Under the pieces are notes generated by a model that saw only the letters and a list, made by a program, of their open reading frames with translations, made no database searches and was not told where the DNA came from. 64,000 nucleotides of DNA from Candidatus Uhrbacteria bacterium (lineage in GTDB: Bacteria > Patescibacteriota > Patescibacteriia > UBA9934 > GWF2-40-263), in the NCBI GenBank assembly GCA_014239775.1, contig JAAZYG010000022.1:2218-66217 (forward strand). Direction: 5' to 3'. Within the stretch, counting starts at the first letter, position 1; every line of letters starts with the position of its first letter. The position numbers and the translations under genes were made by a program. Positions 19,639 through 28,999 of the stretch are shown piece after piece.

Positions 19639-20748
19639 GTGATAAAAGAAAGAGTCAAACAATTTATAAGATACAAACAAGTCAAGAAGTTTGTTGAGAA
19701 AAATGAACGTGTACTACTACCAGCAATGTTGATTGTTGGTGTTGCAGTTGATTTTATAACTTTCAGATCAATTCAAATTAGTGTAGCGTTTTCAATTCTC
19801 TTTGTATACACAATTGTTGCAGGAGCTACGATTGTGTTTTTAAATTTATATAAAGAACATTGGAGTCTGAATCCAAACTTAATTACACGGTATTATAGAC
19901 TTGTTGCACCGCTCATTATTCAGTTCACGTTCGGTGCTCTTTTGAGCGCTTCGCTTATATTTTATTGGTTTAGTGGTGCGCTTTCTATAAGCTGGCCATT
20001 CATTCTAATTATAGCAATATTAATTGTTTCAAATGATGTTTTTAGGGAGCACTATTTAAAACCTACAGTTCAGATTTCTGTATACTTTTTTATTATCTTC
20101 TCGATAATCTCATTAATACTTCCATTCCTGCTTAACTCAATTAGTCCATGGATTTTTCTTATAAGTGGTTTGGTGGCATTTGGAATTATTTATTTATTTG
20201 TTAATCAGCTTTCAAAAAGATCTCTCCTTGTTTTGGAACATCGTTCTATACTTTTAAAGAGTATTAGTATAATTTTTATTCTTATGAACGGTTTGTATTT
20301 TTTTAATGTATTACCTCCAATTCCGCTAGCATTAAGAGATGCGGGTGTTTATCATAGCCTTCAACGCATACAAGGATCCTATTATCTAGACACTGAACCA
20401 GAATCTGTTATTGAAAAGATTGTGCCAGGACAAATAATTCATGTACAAGGCTCAAAAAGCATTTATGTTTTTTCATCGATCTTTGCACCAGCAGACTTGA
20501 ATACAACAATTGTGCATGATTGGGAATTTTTTGATGCAACTAAGCGAGAGTGGATAAGTAAAAGCAAGCCAAGCTACAAAATTTCAGGAGGACGTGAGGG
20601 TGGTTACCGTGGGTTTTCTAGTGCGGTTATTGTGCCCGGTAAATGGCGTGTAAGTGTTCAGACATTGAGAGGGCAAACACTTGGGCGCGTAAAATTTAAA
20701 GCTATTTATGCTGAGGATGTACTTGAGTATAAACAAATAATCAAATAA
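19639..20748 (+). CDS. membrane protein with C-terminal soluble beta-rich domain (DUF-like)
   Basis: GTG start. Several TM helices, then the domain ...GGREGGYRGFSSAVIVPGKWRVSVQTLRGQTLGRVKFKAIY. Confidence 0.6.
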   Translation: MIKERVKQFIRYKQVKKFVEKNERVLLPAMLIVGVAVDFITFRSIQISVAFSILFVYTIVAGATIVFLNLYKEHWSLNPNLITRYYRLVAPLIIQFTFGALLSASLIFYWFSGALSISWPFILIIAILIVSNDVFREHYLKPTVQISVYFFIIFSIISLILPFLLNSISPWIFLISGLVAFGIIYLFVNQLSKRSLLVLEHRSILLKSISIIFILMNGLYFFNVLPPIPLALRDAGVYHSLQRIQGSYYLDTEPESVIEKIVPGQIIHVQGSKSIYVFSSIFAPADLNTTIVHDWEFFDATKREWISKSKPSYKISGGREGGYRGFSSAVIVPGKWRVSVQTLRGQTLGRVKFKAIYAEDVLEYKQIIK

Positions 20749-20803
20749 GATCTTGTATAGATCTAATGGTTTTAAGAAAAAAATATCCAAATAATTACAT
20801 TTT

Positions 20804-22585
20804 ATGAAAATACCAAATTTTTTTCGTGAATTTACAAAGTCTCAATCAGAAGAAGAAAAGAAGCAATATAAAAAGAAGATGAAAAAACGTGGTGAGCAAT
20901 ATAAAGAAGAGCAAAAAGACTTAAAATTAGAACAAAGAAGAAAAGAGGAAAAGCTGGCGAATACAGAACAAGAACTGAAAGATTTTCGATTAAATTTAAA
21001 AAAGTCCGAGAGAGAATTGCAGGAACTTACAAAACAGCTTGATGGTATAAATGAAACAGCGCTTTCTAAAATTCTTGGAATTTTTAAAATTAAAGCTTTA
21101 GAATCTGAAATAAAAAAGGGCAAAGTTAATTTTGATACTTTTGGATTCGAAGCTGAATCTGCTGAGATTACAATCGATGAATTAAAGAGAGCACTTGATG
21201 ATATTCAGAAGCAATTAAAAAAGAGTAGAGATGGTGTTGAAAAAGAAACTTCAGAAATCATGATTGACTTTTTTGAACGAGAGCGAAAAAAATGGGAAGA
21301 CGCACCTTATACACCAGAAGAAATCGGTAAAAATTTCTCAGAAGAACATTTAGCCAGTCTTTCTTTGAATGATTATGCATTGTTAATGAAACGATTTCCA
21401 TCTGAAATGGTAACACATGTAACAAGACAAGGGGTTCGTGATCATGTGGGTCATATGTGGCACAATCTTGGTCAGGATGAATATCACAATTCATTTATTG
21501 AGTTGATTACAGACGGAAGGCTTAAAAGTGTCATGAGTATTCGTATGAAAGATGATATGTCTCATGAGGCGTTTATTAAAGCATTTCATTTAGATCGTTT
21601 TGATGATGCAAAAGAGGCTCATGAGTATATAGATAGAGAAACAAATTTAAATAATCAAGGTACACAAAGTTCATATGCAGATGCACTATCTATACATTTT
21701 GCTGCACAAGAAGTTGCGGATACATACTATGGTGCTGAAACAGGAAATGAGATATTTGTAGTATACCCATCACTGCATATTGATTCACAATATTACTATA
21801 GAGGGAATTTAAGAGAAGGGGGCGGTGGATATTGGAATGATCAATGGGTTTGGGCAAATGAAGAAAACGGAATGGATATAAATGCAGGAATGGTTTTTAT
21901 TCCATCTGATGCACAGGTCGATCCTGAAAACGGAAGTCAGTATAAGATTGATAAAGAAGGTGTTGCAAAAAGAGATGTTGACAACCTAGAATCATTAACT
22001 GCATTAATAGAATCAGATATAATAGAAGAGTTGTTTGAAGAATTGTGTGCTGTAGAGAACGTGAGAAGTTCAAGACGGGGTATGTATACATATGAAAGTG
22101 ATTTTGATAAAGCAAAAAAGATAATTGTAGAGAAAATGGGTATTAGTGATATCACAATGACAAATATTTTGCTTGATTATACTTCTGTAGTAAGTTTAGG
22201 CTCATTACGTTCTAGGAAAGTAAATCAACATCTTGAACAACGAGAGTTGGATGCGGGACTTGATAAGATCTTAAGAAGCAATCAAGTTATATTTGAACGT
22301 CCTGATAAAACAGTTGCATCAGTTGAATACTGGGAAAATTATTTTGATGAGCATCCAGAAATAAAACCATCAAAGATTGTGTATTATAAAGGAGGAGATC
22401 CAACGCAAGCTCTGCAACAATGGAAAAGAGATAATGGATTATCAAAAAAATCCGAACCTGGAGAATTGCAACAGTTAGAAAAATCAGATACTGAAAAAAT
22501 CACAAAAGGAATGGATAGGTATAAGTCCTTAGCTCATGATGCAATAGATAAATATTTTGATTCAGAACAGCAAGACGCTGCATAA
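20804..22585 (+). CDS. hypothetical 593 aa protein: N-terminal K/E coiled-coil plus large uncharacterised domain
   Basis: Long clean ORF with native-like A/T-rich codon usage. No catalytic motif recognised. Confidence 0.65.
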   Translation: MKIPNFFREFTKSQSEEEKKQYKKKMKKRGEQYKEEQKDLKLEQRRKEEKLANTEQELKDFRLNLKKSERELQELTKQLDGINETALSKILGIFKIKALESEIKKGKVNFDTFGFEAESAEITIDELKRALDDIQKQLKKSRDGVEKETSEIMIDFFERERKKWEDAPYTPEEIGKNFSEEHLASLSLNDYALLMKRFPSEMVTHVTRQGVRDHVGHMWHNLGQDEYHNSFIELITDGRLKSVMSIRMKDDMSHEAFIKAFHLDRFDDAKEAHEYIDRETNLNNQGTQSSYADALSIHFAAQEVADTYYGAETGNEIFVVYPSLHIDSQYYYRGNLREGGGGYWNDQWVWANEENGMDINAGMVFIPSDAQVDPENGSQYKIDKEGVAKRDVDNLESLTALIESDIIEELFEELCAVENVRSSRRGMYTYESDFDKAKKIIVEKMGISDITMTNILLDYTSVVSLGSLRSRKVNQHLEQRELDAGLDKILRSNQVIFERPDKTVASVEYWENYFDEHPEIKPSKIVYYKGGDPTQALQQWKRDNGLSKKSEPGELQQLEKSDTEKITKGMDRYKSLAHDAIDKYFDSEQQDAA

Positions 22586-23330
22586 TATTATGCATCTTAA
22601 AAGAACAAAATTGGCAAATGGAATAATTGCAGATTTTCTACCCCCAAAAAAATCATCGAACAAAGTTATGATTTTATGTGATGGAATGCCTTCAATGCCT
22701 TCAAAGAAAAAAACAATGCAATGGTTTTCTAAAAAAGGTTTTTGGGTTATAAATCCAAGGTACCGTGGCACATGGGAGAGTTCTGGAGCTTTTCTAGATC
22801 ATCCACCAGAACAAGACGTACTCGATGTAATAGAAGGTCTAAGTAAGGGACTTATTAGTATTTGGGAGGACAAAATATATAAGATTAAAGCAAAAAAAAT
22901 TTTTGTTATTGGAAGTAGTTTTGGTGGCACTGCTGCACTAATGTCATCAATGTCTGATAAGGTTGATGGTGTAGTTGCAATATCACCGGTAGTTGATTGG
23001 ACAGATAATTCAGAATCAGAACCGATGGATCATTTAGAGAAAATTATAAGAGATGGATATAAAGAGGCGTATAGATTTAATACAGAAGACTGGATTAGAT
23101 TATCAGAAGGTAAATTTTTTCAGCCAATGGATAATGTAAAAAAAATGAATCCAAAAAAAATATTTGTGATATATTCTAAAGACGATAAAGTTGTATCTAA
23201 CGTCTCTATAGATAAATTTATAGAAAATCTGGATTGTAAAAGTATAATGAAAAAAAAGGGAGGACATTTGTCTTTTTCTGTAATTACAAAATGGCCCTTG
23301 TCAAAAAAGATGATAAATTTTTTAGTTTAA
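22557..23330 (+). CDS. alpha/beta hydrolase (S9/esterase-like)
   Basis: Nucleophile elbow GSSFGG (GxSxG) plus downstream Asp and His regions. Overlaps the previous ORF by 29 nt. Confidence 0.7.
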   Translation: MIQNSKTLHNIMHLKRTKLANGIIADFLPPKKSSNKVMILCDGMPSMPSKKKTMQWFSKKGFWVINPRYRGTWESSGAFLDHPPEQDVLDVIEGLSKGLISIWEDKIYKIKAKKIFVIGSSFGGTAALMSSMSDKVDGVVAISPVVDWTDNSESEPMDHLEKIIRDGYKEAYRFNTEDWIRLSEGKFFQPMDNVKKMNPKKIFVIYSKDDKVVSNVSIDKFIENLDCKSIMKKKGGHLSFSVITKWPLSKKMINFLV

Positions 23331-23338
23331 TATTTTGT

Positions 23339-23728
23339 ATGAGTACGAAAAAAAATGGAATTGATAAATATGTAATAATTGCGTACTACACTTTAATGCC
23401 ATGGTTGGTGTTTGTGTATCTTTTTGATTACATAAGACAACTGGAAAGTATAAGTTATTTTGTCGCACATTACGCATTGGTTGTTATATTATTCGGAGTA
23501 TCTTTTTTATTATATTTCAATAAAAGAAAACAAGATGATCCATTTCAAGTTGCAATGATAGCAACATTGTCATTTCTTGTTTTTGAATGTGTGCTTGTAC
23601 AGTTGGTTGGAAAGGTTGATTATGTAAGTTTAAATTATGTCGATTGGTTTATTCCAATGTTTATAATGACAACCACTATTTACTTTGTAGGTAAACACAA
23701 AACGAATAAAAAAAAATATAAAAAATAA
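23339..23728 (+). CDS. small polytopic membrane protein, family member A (paralog of 27239..27598)
   Basis: Shares SYFVAHYALVV and LNYVDWFIPMFI with the 27239 ORF (SYVFWHYTSVV and LNYTDWILPMF). Start taken at the ATG after the hydrolase stop. Confidence 0.5.
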   Translation: MSTKKNGIDKYVIIAYYTLMPWLVFVYLFDYIRQLESISYFVAHYALVVILFGVSFLLYFNKRKQDDPFQVAMIATLSFLVFECVLVQLVGKVDYVSLNYVDWFIPMFIMTTTIYFVGKHKTNKKKYKK

Positions 23729-23747
23729 AAGGGCAACGCCCTTTTTT
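23727..23747. terminator. bidirectional terminator AAAAGGGCaacGCCCTTTTTT
   Basis: Perfect GC hairpin flanked by A-run and T-run, between convergent genes. Confidence 0.6.
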
Positions 23748-23760
23748 AAGTATACACAAG

Positions 23761-23985
23761 CTACATTTTGAGTGGTATGTCTGGAAGACCAGCTGCTTCA
23801 AGTATCTTTGAAATAAAGTATATTGTAATTCCTCCTACGGAGGTTGCTCCAAGAGCAGTCCCTATTCCAAAAAACAAACCAAACAAAAAACGTCTACTTA
23901 GTTTATTTTGTTTTTCAAGTAATTCATTTCCAATTTTTAGTTGTTTAGCAATGTCTGTTGAAGGATCTTTTTTTTGTGAAGGCAT
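23761..23985 (-). CDS. small membrane protein (74 aa)
   Basis: N-terminal amphipathic segment then the Gly-rich TM helix FLFGLFFGIGTALGATSVGGITIYFI. The mirror + strand ORF looks less protein-like. Confidence 0.4.
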   Translation of the reverse strand: MPSQKKDPSTDIAKQLKIGNELLEKQNKLSRRFLFGLFFGIGTALGATSVGGITIYFISKILEAAGLPDIPLKM

Positions 23986-24025
23986 ACTATAAATAGTGTA
24001 TCATAACTATATATAAATATTATAT

Positions 24026-24394
24026 ATGAATTTACCTACATTTTTATTTGATGGAAACTGCGGATTCTGTAAGCATTGGGTGTCACGTTGGAAAAAACAT
24101 ACAGAGGATAGAGTTGAATACAGACCATTTCAAGAAGCGTCAAAAGATTTTCCAAACATAAAAAATGAAGAGTATTTAAAGTCATCTCAATTTATTAATT
24201 TAAACGGAGATGTATTTTCTGGTGCGTATGGTGTTGCGATGTTATTAAGTCATTCAAAGAAACATAGGTGGTTTCTATTTTTATATAAGTACCTACCATT
24301 ATTTGGCTTGATTTCAGAGTTTATCTATAAGCAAATTTCTTCATGTAGGAATTGTGCAGAAAAATTTACAAACATGCTAAAAAAGAAAAAATAA
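24026..24394 (+). CDS. DCC-family thiol-disulfide oxidoreductase (DUF393)
   Basis: N-terminal FDGNCGFCKHW (DxxCxxC) motif typical of the DCC family. Confidence 0.65.
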   Translation: MNLPTFLFDGNCGFCKHWVSRWKKHTEDRVEYRPFQEASKDFPNIKNEEYLKSSQFINLNGDVFSGAYGVAMLLSHSKKHRWFLFLYKYLPLFGLISEFIYKQISSCRNCAEKFTNMLKKKK

Positions 24395-24398
24395 TTTT

Positions 24399-24602
24399 AT
24401 GTCACAGTCAGATTATTATAAGGTAAGTGGTTTTGTATTTTTAATTGTGGATGTAATGCATTGTGTAAGAATATACAAAGACATATCAGTACAAGTGGCT
24501 GGTTTTAGTCTGCCAATGTGGATTTCATATGTTGTTGTTTTGTTTGTGTCAATATTGGCGGCGTATTCATTTAAATTTGCAAGTGTAAATAAGCACAACT
24601 AG
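24399..24602 (+). CDS. hypothetical small membrane protein (67 aa)
   Basis: Two hydrophobic segments. Immediately follows the DCC gene. Confidence 0.3.
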   Translation: MSQSDYYKVSGFVFLIVDVMHCVRIYKDISVQVAGFSLPMWISYVVVLFVSILAAYSFKFASVNKHN

Positions 24603-24686
24603 AAAAATCTATAGCGTTTATATATGGACGTATGTTGTACTTTGTGTTATTTTCGTTTAGCCAAACTATAAACATAGGAGAATTAA

Positions 24687-25634
24687 ATGGCAAAATCAAA
24701 AACGTCTTCTGCCAACTTGCAGTTGGTTCTAGGGAAGTTTAGTACGAAGATTAAGCTTTTTAGAATACTTGTTCCAGCTAATGCGCCAACACCGATAATT
24801 ACACACTCATGCAGGAGCGAGGTGAGTGTTGTAAATAGATGTAATGACTGCTTCAAAATTGTAAGAATTACAGGGGTACAAAAAAAGGGTGTTGCTCGTG
24901 CTCGTGCTGCTACTGAGCCAAAAGACAAACATTGTCCGCATTGTAAATCGACAACTCCATTTAGTGAAGTGGTTGTGTGTGGAACTTGCGACACAGATGT
25001 GGATTTAAATCAATTGGAGGATAGGCTTCAGTTGGGAAATCAAACAGTACCAATCACAAAAGATCAATTACAGGCATGGCAAACCTTACTTCCACAATCA
25101 AAGGTTATGCGTCCAGTAATGATGTTGCCATCAAGTAGAGTTGGTTCATATTTTCGCGATGAAGCATATGAGGTTGTTCCTGACAAGGGTAGTGCTGCAG
25201 CGTTTGCGTTGTGGTTAAAATATTTAACCAAAAAGCGTCAAGCACTCATTGTTCATTTTTCTATAAAGAAAAATTTCAAAACAGGAGCATTGTATACTGT
25301 TTTGTTTAAGAGTGAACCAAAACTTATATTGCATACATTACATTATGTAGACGAAGTAAATCTTGAGCAGTTTGATGTACCAGACGTACCAAGCGATCTG
25401 TTTGATCAGTTTCATAATCTAGTACAGCCATTACGTCGTAGTTTGCGTGATCCTTTAATTTTACAACATCCACAACGTATTGCATTTAATGAGTTGTTTA
25501 TGAAAGGTGAAAATGCCGGAAAGGTTGAGATTAAAAGGCTTGGTGCACTGCCTGGGGAGTTGGAAGCAGTGGCTAAAAGTATTGGTGAGCGTCTTGCACC
25601 ACCAAAAAAATCACGAAAAAGTACAAAAAAATAA
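24687..25634 (+). CDS. hypothetical protein with three C-x2-C pairs and basic C-terminal tail
   Basis: AGGAGAA RBS. CNDC...CPHC...CGTCD cluster in the N-terminal third. Ends KKSRKSTKK. GC is noticeably higher than in neighbours. Confidence 0.55.
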   Translation: MAKSKTSSANLQLVLGKFSTKIKLFRILVPANAPTPIITHSCRSEVSVVNRCNDCFKIVRITGVQKKGVARARAATEPKDKHCPHCKSTTPFSEVVVCGTCDTDVDLNQLEDRLQLGNQTVPITKDQLQAWQTLLPQSKVMRPVMMLPSSRVGSYFRDEAYEVVPDKGSAAAFALWLKYLTKKRQALIVHFSIKKNFKTGALYTVLFKSEPKLILHTLHYVDEVNLEQFDVPDVPSDLFDQFHNLVQPLRRSLRDPLILQHPQRIAFNELFMKGENAGKVEIKRLGALPGELEAVAKSIGERLAPPKKSRKSTKK

Positions 25635-25667
25635 AATCGTAATTACGTGCCATGGGCATACTCAATA

Positions 25668-25697
25668 CTTCTAAATAAATAGAAGTATTTTTTTGTG
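25668..25697 (+). terminator. rho-independent terminator ATACTTCTAaataaaTAGAAGTATTTTTTT
   Basis: 9-bp stem plus T7. Confidence 0.55.
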
Positions 25698-25779
25698 TAA
25701 ATTACAACCATCTTAACAAGTTGTAAAAAATATGGTAACGTTTTGCCCGTTTATATCTAAAATTTAAGTACGACCATCT

Positions 25780-27186
25780 ATGTTGAAATTATTTGAGAAT
25801 ATATTTACGCAAAAGACACGTGGAAGAATATTTGTGCTGTCATTTTTAGCTCTAATTATAGGTCAGAAAGTATTTGCATCTGTAAGTACCACAGAAGGTC
25901 ATGGAGCAAGCATGACACTGATGTGGATTGCGGTGATATTAATTATTGCCAAGATCGCTGGTCTTGTAGAAAAGTTTGGTCAACCAGCAGTTTTGGGGGA
26001 GTTGGTCATGGGTGTCATATTGGGTAATTTATTTATGGTAGGCATTGATGTGTTTGAACCAATAAAACACGATGAGATACTACGATTTTTGTCAGAGCTT
26101 GGTGTAATTATTTTGTTATTTCAAATAGGACTTGAATCTAACATACAAGAGATGCGAAAGGTTGGTGGACGTGCATTACTAGTTGCGATAGTGGGAGTAT
26201 TGGCTCCATTTATATTAGGTGCTTATATGGTAGGTCCGTGGTTAATGCCTGGACTTGATCAGACTGCATATTTGTTTTTAGGTGCAGCACTTACAGCTAC
26301 ATCTGTTGGTATTACCGCGCGTGTTTTTAAAGATTTAGGTAAACTTAATATAAAAGAGGCTCAAATTGTTTTAGGTGCAGCTGTATTTGATGATGTTTTT
26401 GGGTTAATCATACTTGCTATTGTAAGTGCTATTGCAACAGTTGGAGCTGTAAGTTTCGGAATTGTTTCAACAATTGTATTTAAAGCAGTTGTTTTCCTAA
26501 TTGGGTCAATTGCGTTAGGCGCAATATTTGCATCACGTCTTGGAAAGTTTTTATCAAAAGTACACACAGGTGTTGGAATGAAATTTACGTTGGCAATAGC
26601 CTTCTGTTTACTGTTTGCCTATTTAGCAGGTTTGATTGGTTTAGCACCAATCATCGGTGCATTTGCTGCAGGACTTGTATTAGATCCGGTGCATTTTAGA
26701 AACTTTAAGGCTCCCAAGATGGTTCTGGATGTACGTAAAGTTGTAAATAATCATATTCGTGAAGAGCATGATGACGTTGTGTTACGTACAGAAATGAACA
26801 AAGTCATCGATCATCATTCACACAGACATATAGAAGATTTAATAGAACCTATTGCGTATTTCCTAGTTCCTATATTTTTTATTCTAACAGGAATGGAGGT
26901 GTCGCTTGATACGTTTTCAAATCCAAATATATTATGGGTAGCATTAATAATTTCGGTGGTTGCAATAGCTGGAAAATATGTTTCTGGTTATTTTGCAGGT
27001 GATGTAAACAAAAAGATAGTTGGTATAGGAATGATTCCACGTGGAGAGGTTGGGTTAATATTTGCAGCCATAGGAAAAGGACTTGGTGTTCTAAACAATG
27101 ACCTATTTTCAGTAATTATAGTGATGGTTATTTTAACTACTTTGGTGGCACCACCACTTCTAGCAAAGCAACTAAAGAGTATGTAA
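25780..27186 (+). CDS. cation:proton antiporter (CPA1/CPA2, Na+/H+ exchanger family)
   Basis: 12-13 TM helices with a typical CPA fold motif pattern and a hydrophilic His-rich insert. Confidence 0.75.
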   Translation: MLKLFENIFTQKTRGRIFVLSFLALIIGQKVFASVSTTEGHGASMTLMWIAVILIIAKIAGLVEKFGQPAVLGELVMGVILGNLFMVGIDVFEPIKHDEILRFLSELGVIILLFQIGLESNIQEMRKVGGRALLVAIVGVLAPFILGAYMVGPWLMPGLDQTAYLFLGAALTATSVGITARVFKDLGKLNIKEAQIVLGAAVFDDVFGLIILAIVSAIATVGAVSFGIVSTIVFKAVVFLIGSIALGAIFASRLGKFLSKVHTGVGMKFTLAIAFCLLFAYLAGLIGLAPIIGAFAAGLVLDPVHFRNFKAPKMVLDVRKVVNNHIREEHDDVVLRTEMNKVIDHHSHRHIEDLIEPIAYFLVPIFFILTGMEVSLDTFSNPNILWVALIISVVAIAGKYVSGYFAGDVNKKIVGIGMIPRGEVGLIFAAIGKGLGVLNNDLFSVIIVMVILTTLVAPPLLAKQLKSM

Positions 27187-27190
27187 AAAA

Positions 27191-27219
27191 AAGAAAGGGC
27201 TTGGACCCTTTCTTTTTTT
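27191..27219 (+). terminator. rho-independent terminator AAGAAAGGGcttggaCCCTTTCTTTTTTT
   Basis: Perfect 9-bp stem plus T-run. Confidence 0.6.
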
Positions 27220-27238
27220 ATGTCATCATATTTTATAT

Positions 27239-27598
27239 ATGGTGATTCTATATCAATATTTAACTGTTATTATACATACAATAGTTGCATGGGTACTTAT
27301 TGAGGTGTTTGTAAACAACGCACACAGGCTTAAGCGTGCGTCATATGTATTTTGGCACTATACGTCAGTTGTGGCGGCATTTTCTATTGTATTTTTTTCT
27401 TATTATAAATATTTCAATCATTTTGATGTATTTAAGGTAACCATGATCACACTTGTTACATTATTGGTGCTAGAATTGATTATATTTCGATATTTATACA
27501 GTGGTGATCGTTGGTTTTTAAATTACACAGACTGGATTTTGCCTATGTTTTTGTCAGTGAGTACAGTGTATTTACTGAGCCAATTAGTATTAGTATAA
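27239..27598 (+). CDS. small polytopic membrane protein, family member B (paralog of 23339..23728)
   Basis: See family member A. The conserved NYxDW(I/F)xPMF motif lies in the last TM region. Confidence 0.5.
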   Translation: MVILYQYLTVIIHTIVAWVLIEVFVNNAHRLKRASYVFWHYTSVVAAFSIVFFSYYKYFNHFDVFKVTMITLVTLLVLELIIFRYLYSGDRWFLNYTDWILPMFLSVSTVYLLSQLVLV

Positions 27599-27667
27599 TA
27601 TGAATTCAATCTTAATATTAATGACAGGTATTGACGAATCATCTGTACAGAGTATCCTGTCGTCGTT

Positions 27668-28978
27668 ATGGATTTACTAAAAGTTACAGGAGGTGCACCG
27701 CTAAATGGCGAGATTGCACTATCAGGCGCTAAAAATGCAGCGTCAAAAATGATGATTGCCAGCTTGCTTACAGATGAGCAGGTTGTTTTGCATAATGTTC
27801 CAAAGCAAAGAGAGACGGCCATTACTGAAGATATTGTGAATAGTCTGGGTTCAAAAACTGAATGGAAAAAAAATAATGATCATTCTTTGGTGTTACATGC
27901 AAAAGATATTCAGAGTAATGAAATAAGTAAATTGTCAAAAAAGAATAGGATCAGCATTCTTACATTGGCACCTTTGTTACACCGGATAGGAGAGGCATTT
28001 GTTCCGGTTCCTGGTGGAGATAAGATTGGCCCAAGGCCAGTCAACTTTCACGTGCAGACATTAGAAAAAATGGGTGCAAAAATCAAGAAGAAATCTGACG
28101 GGTATCATGCATCGGTTAAAAAACGATTAAAAGGTGCTTTGATAGAGTTGCCGTATCCATCAGTTGGTGCAACCGAAACTGCGATACTGGCAGGTGTATT
28201 AGCAGAAGGTCGTACAACAATAAGAAATGCAGCAAGTGAACCAGAGGTTAAGGAGTTGGTTATGATGTTGCAAAACATGGGTGCTATAATTCAAAAGAAT
28301 GCTGGTCGATCTATTGAAATATTAGGAGTAGAAAAACTTCATGGAACTGAAGCGACTGTGATGCCAGATAGAATAGAAGCTGCTTCATATGCATGTATGG
28401 CTTTGGGGACACGTGGCGAGATCTTTGTTAAAAATGCTCAACATGAGCATATGGTTACATTTTTAAATACAGTTCGTAGGATAGGGGGGGAATACAAGGT
28501 GCAAAGAGATGGTATTCTTTTTAAAGGAGTTGGTGATTATAAAGGCATTGAATTAGAGACAGATACACACCCTGGTTTCATGACAGACTGGCAGCAGCCA
28601 TTAATTGTCGTGTTAACACAGGCAACAGGTACATCTGTTGTTCATGAGACAGTGTATGAGGCACGATTTGGGTATACAGAAGCATTAAAAAAAATGGGTG
28701 CCAACATAACTTTATTTAGCAATTGTTTAGGAGAGATAGATTGTAGATTTAAGGGTCAAAATTACAGACACTCAGCTGTTATAAATGGCCCATCACCAAT
28801 GTATGCTGCAGAAGTTGTTGTGCCAGACATTAGGGCTGGACTTGCATATGTTGTGGCTGCAATGGTTGCAGACGGGACATCCACGTTGAAGGGTATTGAT
28901 CATTTAGATAGGGGCTACGAGCGCTTAGAAGAAAAACTGAAGGGAGTAGGTGCTAAAATTGAGAGGGTTACAAAATAA
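27668..28978 (+). CDS. murA: UDP-N-acetylglucosamine 1-carboxyvinyltransferase
   Basis: N-terminus KVTGGAPLNGEIALSGAKNAA and EPT-family fold repeats. 436 aa. Confidence 0.9.
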   Translation: MDLLKVTGGAPLNGEIALSGAKNAASKMMIASLLTDEQVVLHNVPKQRETAITEDIVNSLGSKTEWKKNNDHSLVLHAKDIQSNEISKLSKKNRISILTLAPLLHRIGEAFVPVPGGDKIGPRPVNFHVQTLEKMGAKIKKKSDGYHASVKKRLKGALIELPYPSVGATETAILAGVLAEGRTTIRNAASEPEVKELVMMLQNMGAIIQKNAGRSIEILGVEKLHGTEATVMPDRIEAASYACMALGTRGEIFVKNAQHEHMVTFLNTVRRIGGEYKVQRDGILFKGVGDYKGIELETDTHPGFMTDWQQPLIVVLTQATGTSVVHETVYEARFGYTEALKKMGANITLFSNCLGEIDCRFKGQNYRHSAVINGPSPMYAAEVVVPDIRAGLAYVVAAMVADGTSTLKGIDHLDRGYERLEEKLKGVGAKIERVTK

Positions 28979-28999
28979 ATTTGTTATAATGATTTAGTT

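Noticed and set aside
23768-23992. Plus-strand 74-aa ORF mirroring the minus-strand small membrane protein
   Set aside because: Mirror-frame artefact. The minus-strand product has a credible TM helix and terminator placement, while the plus-strand product looks non-protein-like.
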